Shown piece by piece: positions 38,923-50,000 of a stretch of DNA of 64,000 nucleotides (its first letter is position 1; the number at the start of each line of letters is the position of its first letter). The notes beneath the pieces are model-generated. The model had not been told where the DNA came from. It saw only the letters and a program-made list of their open reading frames with translations, and searched no databases. Position numbers and translations under genes: made by a program. The stretch is from Nitrospira sp. (GTDB taxonomy: Bacteria > Nitrospirota > Nitrospiria > Nitrospirales > Nitrospiraceae): NCBI GenBank assembly GCA_047150005.1, contig AP038806.1:2400001-2464000 (forward strand). Reading direction: 5' to 3'.

Positions 38923-39834
38923 ATGCCGGTGCCGGTGCCGAACTTGGACGATCGACGCTTCGATGATCTTGTCCGGGAAGGACGGACGATAATTCCGCAG
39001 AAGGCACCCCGATGGACGAATCACAATCCTGCGGATCCTGGCATCACTATTCTTGAGCTGTTTGCCTACGTCGCAGAAATGCTGTTGTACCAAACGAACA
39101 GGATTACCGATCACCATCGACAACAGTTCTTGCGGATGCTTGTCGGCTCAGAATGTGAGTGGGCGATTGGGGAAACCACCAGCCAAAACATTGAGGAAGC
39201 GGTCCGCCGGCTCGATGATGGCGAGCGGGCGGTCACGTGTGACGATTATGCGCGACTGGCACAGGCGGCGGATCCGAATGTTGCTCGGGCGCAGTGTATT
39301 CCAGGTATTGATCTGACCTCGGCAATTCCGGTCCCACAACCTAACCATGTGAGTGTCTTGATTATTCCGCGGAGTGCAGCACAAAGGCCGCTTCCCAGCC
39401 CGGACATGCTCCAACGAGTTCAAGATGCGTTGGGCAGGCGAAAGCTCTTGGCAACTCATGTGCATGTGGCGGCACCACGGTATGTTCCTCTGCGCGTGAG
39501 CCTCAGCGTCGTTGCCAAGGGGGTCACGGCTGAGGAACAGTTTCGAGAAGACATTGCGAAGGCGATACGGGGATTTCTGGATCCTGTGACAGGCGGGGAA
39601 TCAGGTTCCGGATGGCCGGCGGGGCAAGCGTTGTACTTGTCTGGATTCCTGAGGCGATTACATGCCATGCCTCACGTGGAATATGTCGATCCCGAAACAA
39701 TGATTCTGGAAACAGATCCATTTCGTATCCGGCGAGGTGACGACGGTGAGGTAGTTTCCGTGGCATTGCGGCCGGACGAATATTTTGTGCCCGAGGTAAG
39801 TAAGGACACCATACAGGTCTCGCAAGGGATGTAG
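38923..39834 (+). CDS. Compact baseplate J/gp47-like protein
   Basis: PNLDDRRF, WTNHNPADPGITILELFAY, RAVTCDDY, FLDPVTGG...GWP.G. Confidence 0.88.
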   Translation: MPVPVPNLDDRRFDDLVREGRTIIPQKAPRWTNHNPADPGITILELFAYVAEMLLYQTNRITDHHRQQFLRMLVGSECEWAIGETTSQNIEEAVRRLDDGERAVTCDDYARLAQAADPNVARAQCIPGIDLTSAIPVPQPNHVSVLIIPRSAAQRPLPSPDMLQRVQDALGRRKLLATHVHVAAPRYVPLRVSLSVVAKGVTAEEQFREDIAKAIRGFLDPVTGGESGSGWPAGQALYLSGFLRRLHAMPHVEYVDPETMILETDPFRIRRGDDGEVVSVALRPDEYFVPEVSKDTIQVSQGM

Positions 39835-39836
39835 CC

Positions 39837-40457
39837 ATGTCTTCTACTGCATCAGCACCGTCAGGGCTTCTGACCCGCTTACCTGCAGTGTTTCAAGGGG
39901 TAAAGGAGGAAGATCGCTTGTTGAGAGAGTTCCTTGCTCCGTTCGAGGAGATTGTCTTCGGTCACGAAGGTCTACATTCGACCATTCTGTCTCTGCCTGA
40001 TCTCCTTGATGCGCGCAAGGCGCCGCCCGAGTTTCTCTCTTGGTTGAGCTCATGGATGGGCACAACACTCTATCGCCGGTTGTCCGAGGACAAACAGCGC
40101 GAGTTCGTCGCGAATGCCGCCGATTACTATCGGTATCGAGGAACGCTCCATAACGTACAACGGTTATTGAAGTTGTTTACTGGCTTCGAAGTTCAAGTAG
40201 AGGAACCGGACTTTCCCATGTTTCAGGTCGGCCTCAATTCTACAATCGGTGGCGGGACATATATCGAAGGTGGTCCCCCGTACGCGTTTGCGGTCATAGT
40301 CAAGGTCCCTCAAATCACGAGAAGCGGTGATGATGAAGGTAGGAGTCGCGAGGATCGTATTCAGCGATTAGCGCGAGAGGTGATCGACCACGAGAAACCA
40401 GCTCATACGACCTATGATTTGCAGCTGTTACCCGGAAGCGATACGGCTATGGTATGA
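39837..40457 (+). CDS. P2 gpI-like baseplate/tail protein
   Basis: LPAVFQ, FL..FE, D...AP.EFL.WL..W, YRYRGT, EKPAHT. Confidence 0.85.
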   Translation: MSSTASAPSGLLTRLPAVFQGVKEEDRLLREFLAPFEEIVFGHEGLHSTILSLPDLLDARKAPPEFLSWLSSWMGTTLYRRLSEDKQREFVANAADYYRYRGTLHNVQRLLKLFTGFEVQVEEPDFPMFQVGLNSTIGGGTYIEGGPPYAFAVIVKVPQITRSGDDEGRSREDRIQRLAREVIDHEKPAHTTYDLQLLPGSDTAMV

Positions 40458-40527
40458 CGCCCAAGCCACCACCTTCTTGACACCCGCAAGGTGGAAGTCG
40501 CGTTAGCGTGAGGATAGAGGGTCGGCT

Positions 40528-41391
40528 ATGGACAAAGCAATGAAGCGGATCAATTTCTTTAAGGGCTTCGCCACTACTGCCCAGGACTGGCAGGCAGCAG
40601 AAGCCTATCATATTGAAAAAAGGAAGCTCCATAACCAGTATTTTCATGCTCCCGGCGTGATCCTGGAATGTTTGAAGGGACTCGCTGTCATGGCGATAAA
40701 GGAGGGAAGCGCACTTCGCGTCGAACCAGGGATGGCACTGGATGGAGAGGGTCGAGAACTGTACCTGCCTCAACCGATCGATCTAGACGTGAACCTGCGA
40801 CAATATCGAGGGACAACAATTTATGTGGCCATCGAGTATGGGGAACAGCCGGTCGAGCACCGACCGAATAAGTTCAACTCGGACTATGAGGGGCATGCCT
40901 TTATCGAGGAACTTCCGGCCGTCACGATCGCCAGAGACCAACCGGACAACAAGCTCAAACTCGAACTCGCGCGAGTCGACCTCACGCCAGAGGTGACATC
41001 CATTAAAGATCCAGCGGATTCTTCCTGGCCTGGAAGGAATGAAATCGATCGCCGCTTTATCAGAAAAACGGGACGATTCCAAGCGCACTTAGAAGACGTG
41101 GCCGATGTCGTGAGCGCAGGGACCACAACCGTATCAGGGAATGGAACGACTCTCATTCTGATTCAGCATGATCAGCCGCTGGGCGTGGAGCACTGTTATG
41201 TCCCAAGTGTTTCTCCAGTGGAACTAAAGAGTGACGTAGACGTTCTACGGCGAGGCCATGAGAACCAAGGCGTATCTTGGAAAATACTTCTCCGATGGAA
41301 GGAAAACAACCAGATTGCTTACCAGCTTGAGATTGCCAATAGCTCACCTGTCGACATGCTGGTAGCATACAAGGTCTACCGATTTAGATAG
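40528..41391 (+). CDS. Short tail-fibre anchor-like protein
   Basis: N-terminal RINFFKG....DW.....YH..KR.LHN..FH.PGV...L.V.PGMALD..GRE pattern, recalled as typical of CIS fibre/baseplate-associated proteins. Confidence 0.6.
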   Translation: MDKAMKRINFFKGFATTAQDWQAAEAYHIEKRKLHNQYFHAPGVILECLKGLAVMAIKEGSALRVEPGMALDGEGRELYLPQPIDLDVNLRQYRGTTIYVAIEYGEQPVEHRPNKFNSDYEGHAFIEELPAVTIARDQPDNKLKLELARVDLTPEVTSIKDPADSSWPGRNEIDRRFIRKTGRFQAHLEDVADVVSAGTTTVSGNGTTLILIQHDQPLGVEHCYVPSVSPVELKSDVDVLRRGHENQGVSWKILLRWKENNQIAYQLEIANSSPVDMLVAYKVYRFR

Positions 41392-41405
41392 TGTAGGGTA
41401 CTATC

Positions 41406-42239
41406 ATGAGAATTAGAGGTAGGGTCATCACTCAGGGAACTCACGTAGCGGACGCAAAGGTGCGCATCTGGCTTGTCAAGAGATCAGATGCTGTAGAAGT
41501 TCCTGCGTTTGACGGGTGGTCGACCGATAACGGAACCTTTGAATGTACACAAGACATGATCGATAACATCGTTACAACTTCACGGAATTTCATTCATGTC
41601 AAATACTCAGTGGAGAAAAAGGGATATCGGTCGGTCTCGGATGTTGTGCCATTTGTTGATGTAGAAACGAATCTAGCCGACATAGAGTTCCCGCGGAGCA
41701 GCCTTCGGATTCGAGGCCGTGTTGTTTCAAACCGGCGACCGGTGTCAGCAGCTAAAATTATTGTTCGCATTGCTGAAGTCGAACGTGGTCGTATTCGTGC
41801 CGATCACAACGGACAATTCGAGCGAGATATCGAAGGACATTACGAAAGCCAACCGCTTGTTTGGACTGCCAGACGGCTCGGTTACATCAGAGCGACCGGA
41901 AATCTGGAAATTCGTTCAAACCAACTCGACTTCTTGGACATCGATCTTACCCCTCGTTGGTGGATGGGCCTCTGTCAGATTTGGAGGCTCGATCCTGAAG
42001 TCGTGCCCGGAGTGCTCCTGTCCGTCCTTTTCGGATTAATCTTCGTCGGTTGGTTGGTATTTCGTTGTCCCGATCCTACGGTGAAAGCACAAGACTTTAC
42101 CAAGGGCAGAGCAGATGACGCCGATCGTGGGGAGAAATTTCGGGGGTGCTTGTCCCGTTTTCCCGATAAATGCGGAACGGAAACAGATAGTGCGATCATT
42201 AAGTGCATGAAAGAGAAAGGATACCAGTACGCGAAGTGA
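41406..42239 (+). CDS. Bitopic membrane protein with two carboxypeptidase-regulatory-like domains
   Basis: Two RIRGRV...V..AK repeats; TM VPGVLLSVLFGLIFVGWLVF; short C-terminal domain with 4 Cys. Confidence 0.6.
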   Translation: MRIRGRVITQGTHVADAKVRIWLVKRSDAVEVPAFDGWSTDNGTFECTQDMIDNIVTTSRNFIHVKYSVEKKGYRSVSDVVPFVDVETNLADIEFPRSSLRIRGRVVSNRRPVSAAKIIVRIAEVERGRIRADHNGQFERDIEGHYESQPLVWTARRLGYIRATGNLEIRSNQLDFLDIDLTPRWWMGLCQIWRLDPEVVPGVLLSVLFGLIFVGWLVFRCPDPTVKAQDFTKGRADDADRGEKFRGCLSRFPDKCGTETDSAIIKCMKEKGYQYAK

Positions 42240-42292
42240 TGACAAGAATTTGTGACGCTGAATGTTGGCTCATACAGAGAAGGAATTAGCTC

Positions 42293-42916
42293 GTGGTCGA
42301 ACGAATTCTCTACTCGCTGATCCTTGTTGAATTGATCGTGATGATTGGGTGTACGCATCCTAAGGAAAGTGAAACCCGCAAAGATAGTCCAGAGTCTATG
42401 CCACCAGCACATGTTGCGCCCAAGGATACGCACAAAAAGGCACCCAAACAGCCGGATTCAGAAGTCTCAGAATGCAAAGAGTTGGTCAAGAACCTTAATA
42501 GTCCGCTTGCCATCGCTGTTAGGGTAGCGTTGGGGAAGTATTCTGGAACTGCTGTCCAAGCAGACGAAATGAAGAAGACCGACCGTATCTTCTATCGAGT
42601 ACTCGTACAGGGAGATTCAGGAAGACCGAAGTCTTTTGATGTTACACAAGAAACCATCGAAGGCGAAAAACTTGTAGAGCCTCCGTCGTCACCCGAATGC
42701 AAGTCTCTTTACGCGGTTAAACAACCAAGTATTGTAATTGCGATTCACCTCGCCCAAAAACATCTTAATGGTAGGGCACAAAATGCAGTCCTTATGGCAT
42801 ATGGCCAGAACGATATCTACTCGGTTGGAGTGACAGATTCGAGCGGACAGTCTCACAATGTTTTTGTGGATGCGGATGAGAAGAAAATCATCAAAGACGA
42901 ACTGATAACAAGATAA
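42293..42916 (+). CDS. Lipoprotein with two PepSY-like repeats
   Basis: Lipobox MIGC; repeats AVRVALGKYSGTAV....YRVLV and AIHLAQKHLNGRA...YSVGV...VFVDA. Confidence 0.55.
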   Translation: MVERILYSLILVELIVMIGCTHPKESETRKDSPESMPPAHVAPKDTHKKAPKQPDSEVSECKELVKNLNSPLAIAVRVALGKYSGTAVQADEMKKTDRIFYRVLVQGDSGRPKSFDVTQETIEGEKLVEPPSSPECKSLYAVKQPSIVIAIHLAQKHLNGRAQNAVLMAYGQNDIYSVGVTDSSGQSHNVFVDADEKKIIKDELITR

Positions 42917-42991
42917 TCGCACTTCACCAGGCCCGGAACCCCCACGATGGTTCTTGGCGACTGGATAATATCCTCCAGAAGTTCTTCTCCA

Positions 42992-43810
42992 CTATTCTTT
43001 CCGTGTCAGGGGATAGCTTCCAACAGGCCCCACAAACGGCAGAGCGAGAATGCCACTGAGCGTCAGCCGTCGAGGATCGCGATACTGTTCCAGGCCCAAG
43101 GCCATGTCCGTATACCCGTCAAGGGGATTCTCCCGATAGGTCCCCAGAAGGCGGTCCCACCAAGGCAAATTAAACCCAAAATTCGAGTTCGTTTCTCGGG
43201 ACGACACTGAATGGTGTATTCGATGCATGTCCGGCGTGACGATGATCCAACGGAGCGTCCGATCAACCGCGATGGGCATCCAGATGTTGCTGTGATTGAA
43301 CAGAGACGTCGCGTTCAAGATGATTTCAAACAGGAGCACGGAGACCGGAGCCGGTCCCAACAAGACGACGACGCCGAGTTTGATGCCCATGGAGAGGGTG
43401 ACTTCGACAGGATGAAACCTGAGGCCGGTGGTGACATCGCAGTCCAAGTCTGCATGGTGCATCATATGGAAGCGCCAGAAGAGGGGCACGGCATGGAAGA
43501 CGACATGCTGGAGATACAGCGCGAAGTCCAATACGATGACGGCGAGCAGAATGTCCAGCCATGCCGGCCAACTCAGCTCATTCAGCAGCCCCCAATTTCG
43601 TTCGGCCGCGAGCATGGCCAAGCCGACCGCACCAGCCCCGAAGAGGAGGCGGACGGTCACCGAATCAAGGACAACGACTTAAAGGTTCGCGAACCAGCGC
43701 GACCCTCGTGGCGTGGACAGCCTCCGTCGGGGAGCAGCCCGTTCCCACAGGGCCATCAGGACGAGCATCCCGAGGAACGCCGACAGTCGGATGAGCACAT
43801 CACTGTTCAT
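42992..43810 (-). pseudogene. Sterol desaturase / fatty-acid hydroxylase family gene with in-frame TAA at codon 44
   Basis: MNSDVLIRLSAFLG...RWFANL*VVVLDSVTVR (TAA at 43679-43681); His boxes HVVFH, HMMHH, HSN, HRIHH. Confidence 0.8.
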
Positions 43811-43986
43811 GAGCGCCAGGTATACTTCGTGTCATGCGACAAGTCCATCGCGCCTTACGATTCATGCGGTACCATACCCTGAATGGGCGAATGCTGCAAA
43901 ATCGATCCCAATGCACGATGTGCTTTTTGAGATGGGACGGTCGCGTTCGTTGCTGCTATGAGGGGACTATGCTAGGCTCAACCCCC

Positions 43987-44469
43987 ATGACCATGAGGTG
44001 TCGCAGCGTCGCATGGTGTCGCGTGGCCATCCTCCTGTGGGCCTGCGCCTGGATGTTGGCGGTCCCCTTGTTTCACGTGCATCCGGACGCGGATCACCGA
44101 CACGGGGAAGCAGGGCACGTCCATGCCGGGACCGTCCACACGGTCCTGTCTCAAGATCTGGACTGCGAATCTGACCACCACGACCAAATCGGCGCGAACG
44201 GGGACGCTGCCCATGCGGGAACGACTCTGTCCGCGCACGTCTCGCACGGGGGCATCGGACATCCCGAGTTCGGCTTGTCGTTTCTGAATGACTCGAACGA
44301 TAAAAAAGCGTTCAAACCGTTTTTCGCGCCGGTACTTGCCGGCGCCTGCGCCGTCGTCATCGATCCTCATCAGCAGGAGAGGGAAGACCAGCTCGATTGT
44401 CTGGCGCCTGCTGTTCCGAGCGTGATCCGCGAGATCCCTTCCCGCGCCCCGCCTGGTTTCCTCATCTAA
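43987..44469 (+). CDS. His-rich exported protein upstream of czcCBA
   Basis: Hydrophobic N-terminus, HVHPDADHRHGEAGHVH, C-terminal RAPP motif. Confidence 0.6.
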   Translation: MTMRCRSVAWCRVAILLWACAWMLAVPLFHVHPDADHRHGEAGHVHAGTVHTVLSQDLDCESDHHDQIGANGDAAHAGTTLSAHVSHGGIGHPEFGLSFLNDSNDKKAFKPFFAPVLAGACAVVIDPHQQEREDQLDCLAPAVPSVIREIPSRAPPGFLI

Positions 44470-44573
44470 ATCCCTCAGTCCTTCGCACGGTACACAGCTG
44501 TCGCAGACACCTTGGGTGGAGGACTCGTGTTTCGCCATGAGACGCAAGGTGTGCGCAGGAAGGGAGGTCCCCG

Positions 44574-45833
44574 ATGAGGTGTCATGCACCCATATCGATC
44601 GTATTGGCAACTCTGGTGGTGAGCTTCAGTCAATCCGCTCCTACGGCCTGGGCGGACGAGGTTCGCTCCAGTCCCTATTCGCTGGAAGAAATCCTGGCTA
44701 TGGCGGTGGAGCGCAGCCCGATGCTGGCTGAAGCGCAAGGCGCAATGAAGGAAAGCCGTGGACAGCAGATTGCTGCCGGAGCTTATCCCAATCCGGTGCT
44801 CGAGGGCGGCGCCGGTAAAGGGTCGATTCGTGACCCCAGCACCGGCGTATCGATCATCGAACATACCATCACCGTCGGGCAGCCGATTGAATGGGCGCCC
44901 AAGCGGCAGGCTCGACAGGAGGCCGCGAACGCAGGAGTGGCAGGCGCCAGTGCCGGGCTGGAGGTGGCCAAGCTGAATCTGCTGACCGATGTCAAAGTCG
45001 CCTTCTACCAATTGCTGCTGGCCCAACGGGACGCGGAACTTGCGGCGCAGAACGTGGCAACGGTCGAAGAGGTCTTGCGTACTGCCAAGCTGCGAGTGGC
45101 TGCGGGGGAAGCGACGTCCTTCGATACGATGAAAGCCGGTGTCGAATTACAGAAGGCCCAGAAGGAGGTGGCGAGAGCGCGCAACGGTCTGCTGGTCGCC
45201 AAGTCACGACTGAATACGCTGACGGCAGGAGGCCTGGGGAAACAGTTTGCAATCGGGGGAGGTTTCCAATCCCTTCAGCAAGAGCTCAATGTGGATCAAC
45301 TTGTGGCCGAAGGGGTTGGACGCCATCCTGCCCTCCGGCGTCTGTCGAAACTGGCCGAGCAAGCCGAGCATACGGTGCAGTTCGAGCGAGAGTCCCGCAT
45401 CCCGAATATCAATGTCATGGGCCAATATCACCGTGAAGCCGGAGACGAATCCATCGTCGCCGGCCTGGTCATTCCAATTCCGGTCTGGTATCGACGCCAG
45501 GGAGAAATCGAGACAGCCTTGGGGGCCAAACATCGGGCGGTCGCCGAGCGAGCACGCGCGCAGAATGAGTTGGAACAGGCCATCATCCAACACGCGCAAG
45601 ACGTTCGGACGGCTCAAGACCAGCTCCGGGTCTTCGAAACAGGGTTGCTCAAGCAGGCCGAACACATTCTCACCATAGCCCGGACCAGCTTTCGGCAGGG
45701 CGCAGCCAGCCTGTTGGATCTGCTGGATGCACAACGGGTGTATCGGCAGACCTTGTATGAATACGCGCAGGTCAGTGCGGACCTGTCGATCGCGCTCGTC
45801 CGATTGGAACGCGACCTCGGAGCCCCGCTTTGA
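44574..45833 (+). CDS. czcC: TolC-family outer membrane factor of heavy-metal efflux
   Basis: Signal peptide; YPNP, VKVAFYQLL, IPIPVW.R.QGEI, GAASLLDLLDAQR; operon with MFP and RND. Confidence 0.85.
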   Translation: MRCHAPISIVLATLVVSFSQSAPTAWADEVRSSPYSLEEILAMAVERSPMLAEAQGAMKESRGQQIAAGAYPNPVLEGGAGKGSIRDPSTGVSIIEHTITVGQPIEWAPKRQARQEAANAGVAGASAGLEVAKLNLLTDVKVAFYQLLLAQRDAELAAQNVATVEEVLRTAKLRVAAGEATSFDTMKAGVELQKAQKEVARARNGLLVAKSRLNTLTAGGLGKQFAIGGGFQSLQQELNVDQLVAEGVGRHPALRRLSKLAEQAEHTVQFERESRIPNINVMGQYHREAGDESIVAGLVIPIPVWYRRQGEIETALGAKHRAVAERARAQNELEQAIIQHAQDVRTAQDQLRVFETGLLKQAEHILTIARTSFRQGAASLLDLLDAQRVYRQTLYEYAQVSADLSIALVRLERDLGAPL

Positions 45834-45873
45834 TCAGATATCGAAAGCAGATTCGGGAGACAGGAGAGATCCC

Positions 45874-47061
45874 ATGACACGACCATCAATCGTCATCAGA
45901 CTGAGCGTGCTCATCACGGTCCTGCTGACCGGCTGCGGTGATCGCGGAACCGATTCGTCTCCTCCATCCAAAATACCGCCGAAACCGGACGTGGCGCTTG
46001 CACGAGCCGTTCAAGCTCCCATTCAAGCCCCCTTGGCCGTCCGAGAGCGCGTAAAAACCGTCGTTGTGGCATTGCGCGCTGTGCCCGAGGTCATCACAGC
46101 GCCTGGCGAGGTTGCGCTGGATCTCAAGCACGTGGCCAAAATCACATCACGGATCGAAGGGCAGATTGAACAGATCCACATTCAGTTGGGCGACCGCGTG
46201 AAGAAGGGGCAGGCATTGGCGGCCATCGGGAGTCTGCAACTCGACCAATTGATTGAAGAATACCTGGTGTCGAAAGCCCAATCTGATGTGGCTGAGAACA
46301 ATTTACGCCGCACTGAAAAGCTGCGGGTGGACGATATCGTGCCCGAACGGAAACTCGTCGAAGACAAGGGGCGCTATCTCGAGACCACAGCCCGCTACCA
46401 GCATATTCGCGAGAAACTGCTCAACATGGGAGTCTCGAAGACGGAGCTGACGGAGCTGGAACGAGGCCGGCATGAAGAGAGCCATCGATATACCCTGACG
46501 TCGCCGATCAGCGGTACCATCGTCGAGCAAAATGCCGTCCGAGGCCAGGGTGTTGCGCCGGGAAACGAATTATTTCAAGTGGTCGATACCAGCCAGGTCT
46601 GGGTCTTCGCCAACCTGCCTATCGAGCTCGCCAGGAAGTTTAAGGAAGGCGATCAAGGCACCATTGTTCCGAAAGGCGGAGAAGCGGTCACAGCCCCGCT
46701 CACGTATATTGCTCCGGTGGCCGACGAAAAAACGCGGACGGTCAAAATCCGGTTCGACGTGCCGAATTGCGGTAGACGCTTCAAGCCGAACGAGTTCGTG
46801 GAAGTGTCATTTTCGCTGGAAGGCGCGCCGGCACTCGCCCTACCGACGTCCGCGCTGACGATGGTGGAGAAGACGAGGGGCGTGTTCGTGACACATGCGG
46901 ATGGCTTTGTCTTTACTCCGATCGAAACCGGCCGCGAGGCTGACCAGTGGATCGAGGTTAAGAAGGGCCTTCAGGCCGGCGCGGAGGTCGTATCCGACGG
47001 GGTATTCGATCTCAAGAATGTCCTATTGAAAGAGCATATCGAATCTGGCGAGGGGAACTGA
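45874..47061 (+). CDS. czcB: RND membrane fusion protein
   Basis: LTGC; ITSRIEG, GDRVKKGQ, SPISGTI, TRTVKIR; start ATG 45874 with AGGAG RBS. Confidence 0.85.
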   Translation: MTRPSIVIRLSVLITVLLTGCGDRGTDSSPPSKIPPKPDVALARAVQAPIQAPLAVRERVKTVVVALRAVPEVITAPGEVALDLKHVAKITSRIEGQIEQIHIQLGDRVKKGQALAAIGSLQLDQLIEEYLVSKAQSDVAENNLRRTEKLRVDDIVPERKLVEDKGRYLETTARYQHIREKLLNMGVSKTELTELERGRHEESHRYTLTSPISGTIVEQNAVRGQGVAPGNELFQVVDTSQVWVFANLPIELARKFKEGDQGTIVPKGGEAVTAPLTYIAPVADEKTRTVKIRFDVPNCGRRFKPNEFVEVSFSLEGAPALALPTSALTMVEKTRGVFVTHADGFVFTPIETGREADQWIEVKKGLQAGAEVVSDGVFDLKNVLLKEHIESGEGN

Positions 47062-47062
47062 C

Positions 47063-50000
47063 ATGGCGACCCTCCTCACTCTGTCGCTCCGGTATCGATT
47101 CTTCACGCTCGTCGCCATCATGTTGGCGATCGCCGGCGGCCTCTGGTCGCTCACCACGTTACCGATCGATGCCGTCCCCGATTTGACGCCCGTACAAGTA
47201 CAGGTCCTGACGCGGGCTCCGGCACTCGGTCCGGTCGAGGTGGAACAACTGGTCACATTTCCCATTGAAGCGGCGTTGAGCGGCTTGCCGGGTCTGCAAG
47301 AGTTACGTTCGATCTCACGGTACGGCCTGTCCGCCGTCACGGCGATCTTTGAAGATCAGGTCGAGATCTATCGTGCCAGACAGTTGGTCAGTGAACGATT
47401 GACCCGTGCCGTTGAACGTATTCCGCAGGAATACGGCCGCCCCCTGCTGGGGCCGCTCACGACAGGGCTCGGAGAAGTGTACATGTTCACGTTGAAGAGC
47501 CGACAGCTCGGGGCGATGGAACTGCGAACGATGCTCGAATGGGACATCGGCATGCGGCTGCGGGCCGTGCCGGGCGTCGTGGAAGTCAACATTTGGGGCG
47601 GTGAAGCGCAGCAATATCAGGTCATGGTCGATCCCGGAAAACTGTTGTCCTACAAGTTGTCTCTTTCCCGAGTGTTCGAGGCCCTGCAGCGAAACAACGC
47701 CATAGCAGGCGGAGGCTATATTGAGCATCTGCGCGAGCAGCTGCTCATTCGCGGAGAGGCACTGGCGACGAATCCCGAGGCCATTGCGAAGATCATTGTG
47801 GATCATGGACCAGGAGGCGTGCCGATTCGAATCGGCGATCTCGGGGAAGTGAAGGCGGGGCCGGCGCTCCGTATCGGCGCGGCCACAGTCGACGGCGAAG
47901 GCGAGACGGTCATCGGACTGGTCCAGATGCTGGCGGGCGAAAATGCCCAGCGCGTCGTCCAACGCGTCAAAGCGCGTGTGAGCGACATTCAAGCGACGCT
48001 ACCAGCCGGCGTGATGATCGAGCCCTATTACGATCGGACGCAATTCGTGTCGAAGGTCATCAGGACCGTGCGCAACAATCTACTGGAAGGCGGCGTGCTC
48101 GTCGTGGCCGTGTTGTTTTTGTTCTTGGGGAATCTCCGGGCCGGCCTGATTGTCGCAGCCGCGATCCCGCTTTCGATGTTGATCGCGTTTATCGGCATGG
48201 CTCAAGCCGGACTCTCCGGCAACTTGATGAGTTTGGGGGCGATCGACTTTGGGCTGCTTGTGGACGGGTCGGTGGTCATGATCGACAACATTCTTCGACG
48301 GCTGTCCACGGTTCGGGCCGCAACGTCGGAACAACGGACGGCCGCGATCCGATCCGCGGCAGGCGAGGTCCTGCGTCCGGTGACCTTTGCCGTCGGGATC
48401 ATCATTCTCGTGTATCTGCCGGTTCTGACGCTGACCGGCATCGAAGGCAAACTGTTCCGACCCATGGCCCTGACCGTGATCCTCGCGCTTGTGGGTTCCC
48501 TGATCATCGCGGTGACCGTGACCCCTGTGCTCGCTTCATGGTTCGTCCCGAGCGCCGAAGAACGAGAACCTCGCCTGACTCGGATGTTCCGGCTCGCGTA
48601 TCGTTCCGCTGTTCGCCGGGCAATCAGCCGTCCGCGGTGGGTGGTCCTCCCCGCTGCGGCGTTGTTTGTCGTGAGCCTTGTCGTCGGCTGGACCCTTGGG
48701 GTGGAATTCGTTCCACGTTTAGATGAAGGGGATTTGGCCATACAGGTCTGGCGGTTGCCGAGTGTTTCGCTGAGCGAATCGGTCGCGACGTCCCTTCAGA
48801 TCGAGAAAGTGCTCCGGCAGTTCCCGGAAGTCGTCACGGTCGTGACCCGAACCGGAAGTCCTGAAATCGCCACCGACGTGATGGGCATCGAACTGTCCGA
48901 CGTGTTCGTGATTCTGAAACCGCGGGACGAATGGTCGAGCGCCAGGACGAGAGAAGAGCTGATCGCGAACATGAAAGCGGCCATCGAGGGGAATGTGCCC
49001 GGAGTCGGTCTCGGGTTCACTCAGCCGATCGAAATGCGGTTCAATGAATTGATTGCCGGTTCACGGTCGGATCTGGCGATCAAGATTTTCGGTGACGATT
49101 TGGATCGGCTCAAACAGACGGCGGACGCGACGGCGCGGGCGATTGAAGCGGTGTCCGGCGCCGCAGATGTGAAAGTCGAGCAGATTGCCGGATTGCCGAT
49201 GCTCCGGGTCGTGGTCGATCGGGACCAAATCGCGCGATACGGATTTACGGCGGACGATGTTTTGGCCGTCGTCGAGACCACGCGCGCCGGACGTGTCGTC
49301 GGCATGGTCATTCAAGGGGTGCGGCGATTTGAGCTGGTGGTCCGGCTCCGAACAGGAGCGACGATCGATCCCAAAAGCATCGGTGCCGTCCTGTTGCCCA
49401 CCCCGGAAGGAGAGCTCGTCCCGCTGTCTCGGGTGGCCGAGATCACCATAGACAGCGGACCGGCTCAAGTCAGCCGGCAGGACGTGCAGCGTCGGATCAT
49501 GGTCGAAGCCAATATCAGGGGCCGGGATCTCGGCGGTTTTGTCGCCGAAGCTCAGCGGGTGGTGGCCGAACGGGTATCTCCCCCGACCGGGTACTATCTG
49601 GTCTGGGGCGGGCAGTTCGAGCATCTGCAGGACGCGGCGCGACGGTTGGCCGTCGTCGTCCCGATTACGCTGTTGCTGATTCTCAGCGTGCTGTCAGTGA
49701 TGTTCGGCGCCATGCGTCCTGCCTTGTTGATTTTTTTGAATGTGCCGCTGGCGTTATCCGGCGGGGTGCTGGCGCTCTGGATGCGGGGTCTTCCTCTGAG
49801 CATCTCCGCCGCCATCGGCTTCATCGCGCTCTTCGGGATCGCGGTCTTGAACGGCGTCGTGCTGATCAGTCATATCCGTCAACTCGAGGCTGAAGGCCGT
49901 TCGACCGAAGACGCGGTGATGGAAGGCTCGCTCGACCGACTGCGTCCCGTCCTCATGACGGCGCTGGTCGCCAGCCTGGGGTTTGTGCCCATGGCACTTG

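Noticed and set aside
23318..42916. Prophage, R-type tailocin or T6SS interpretation
   Set aside because: No capsid, terminase, integrase, TssJLM, TssBC or ClpV genes; Afp15-like ATPase, DUF4255 and DUF4157 indicate eCIS.
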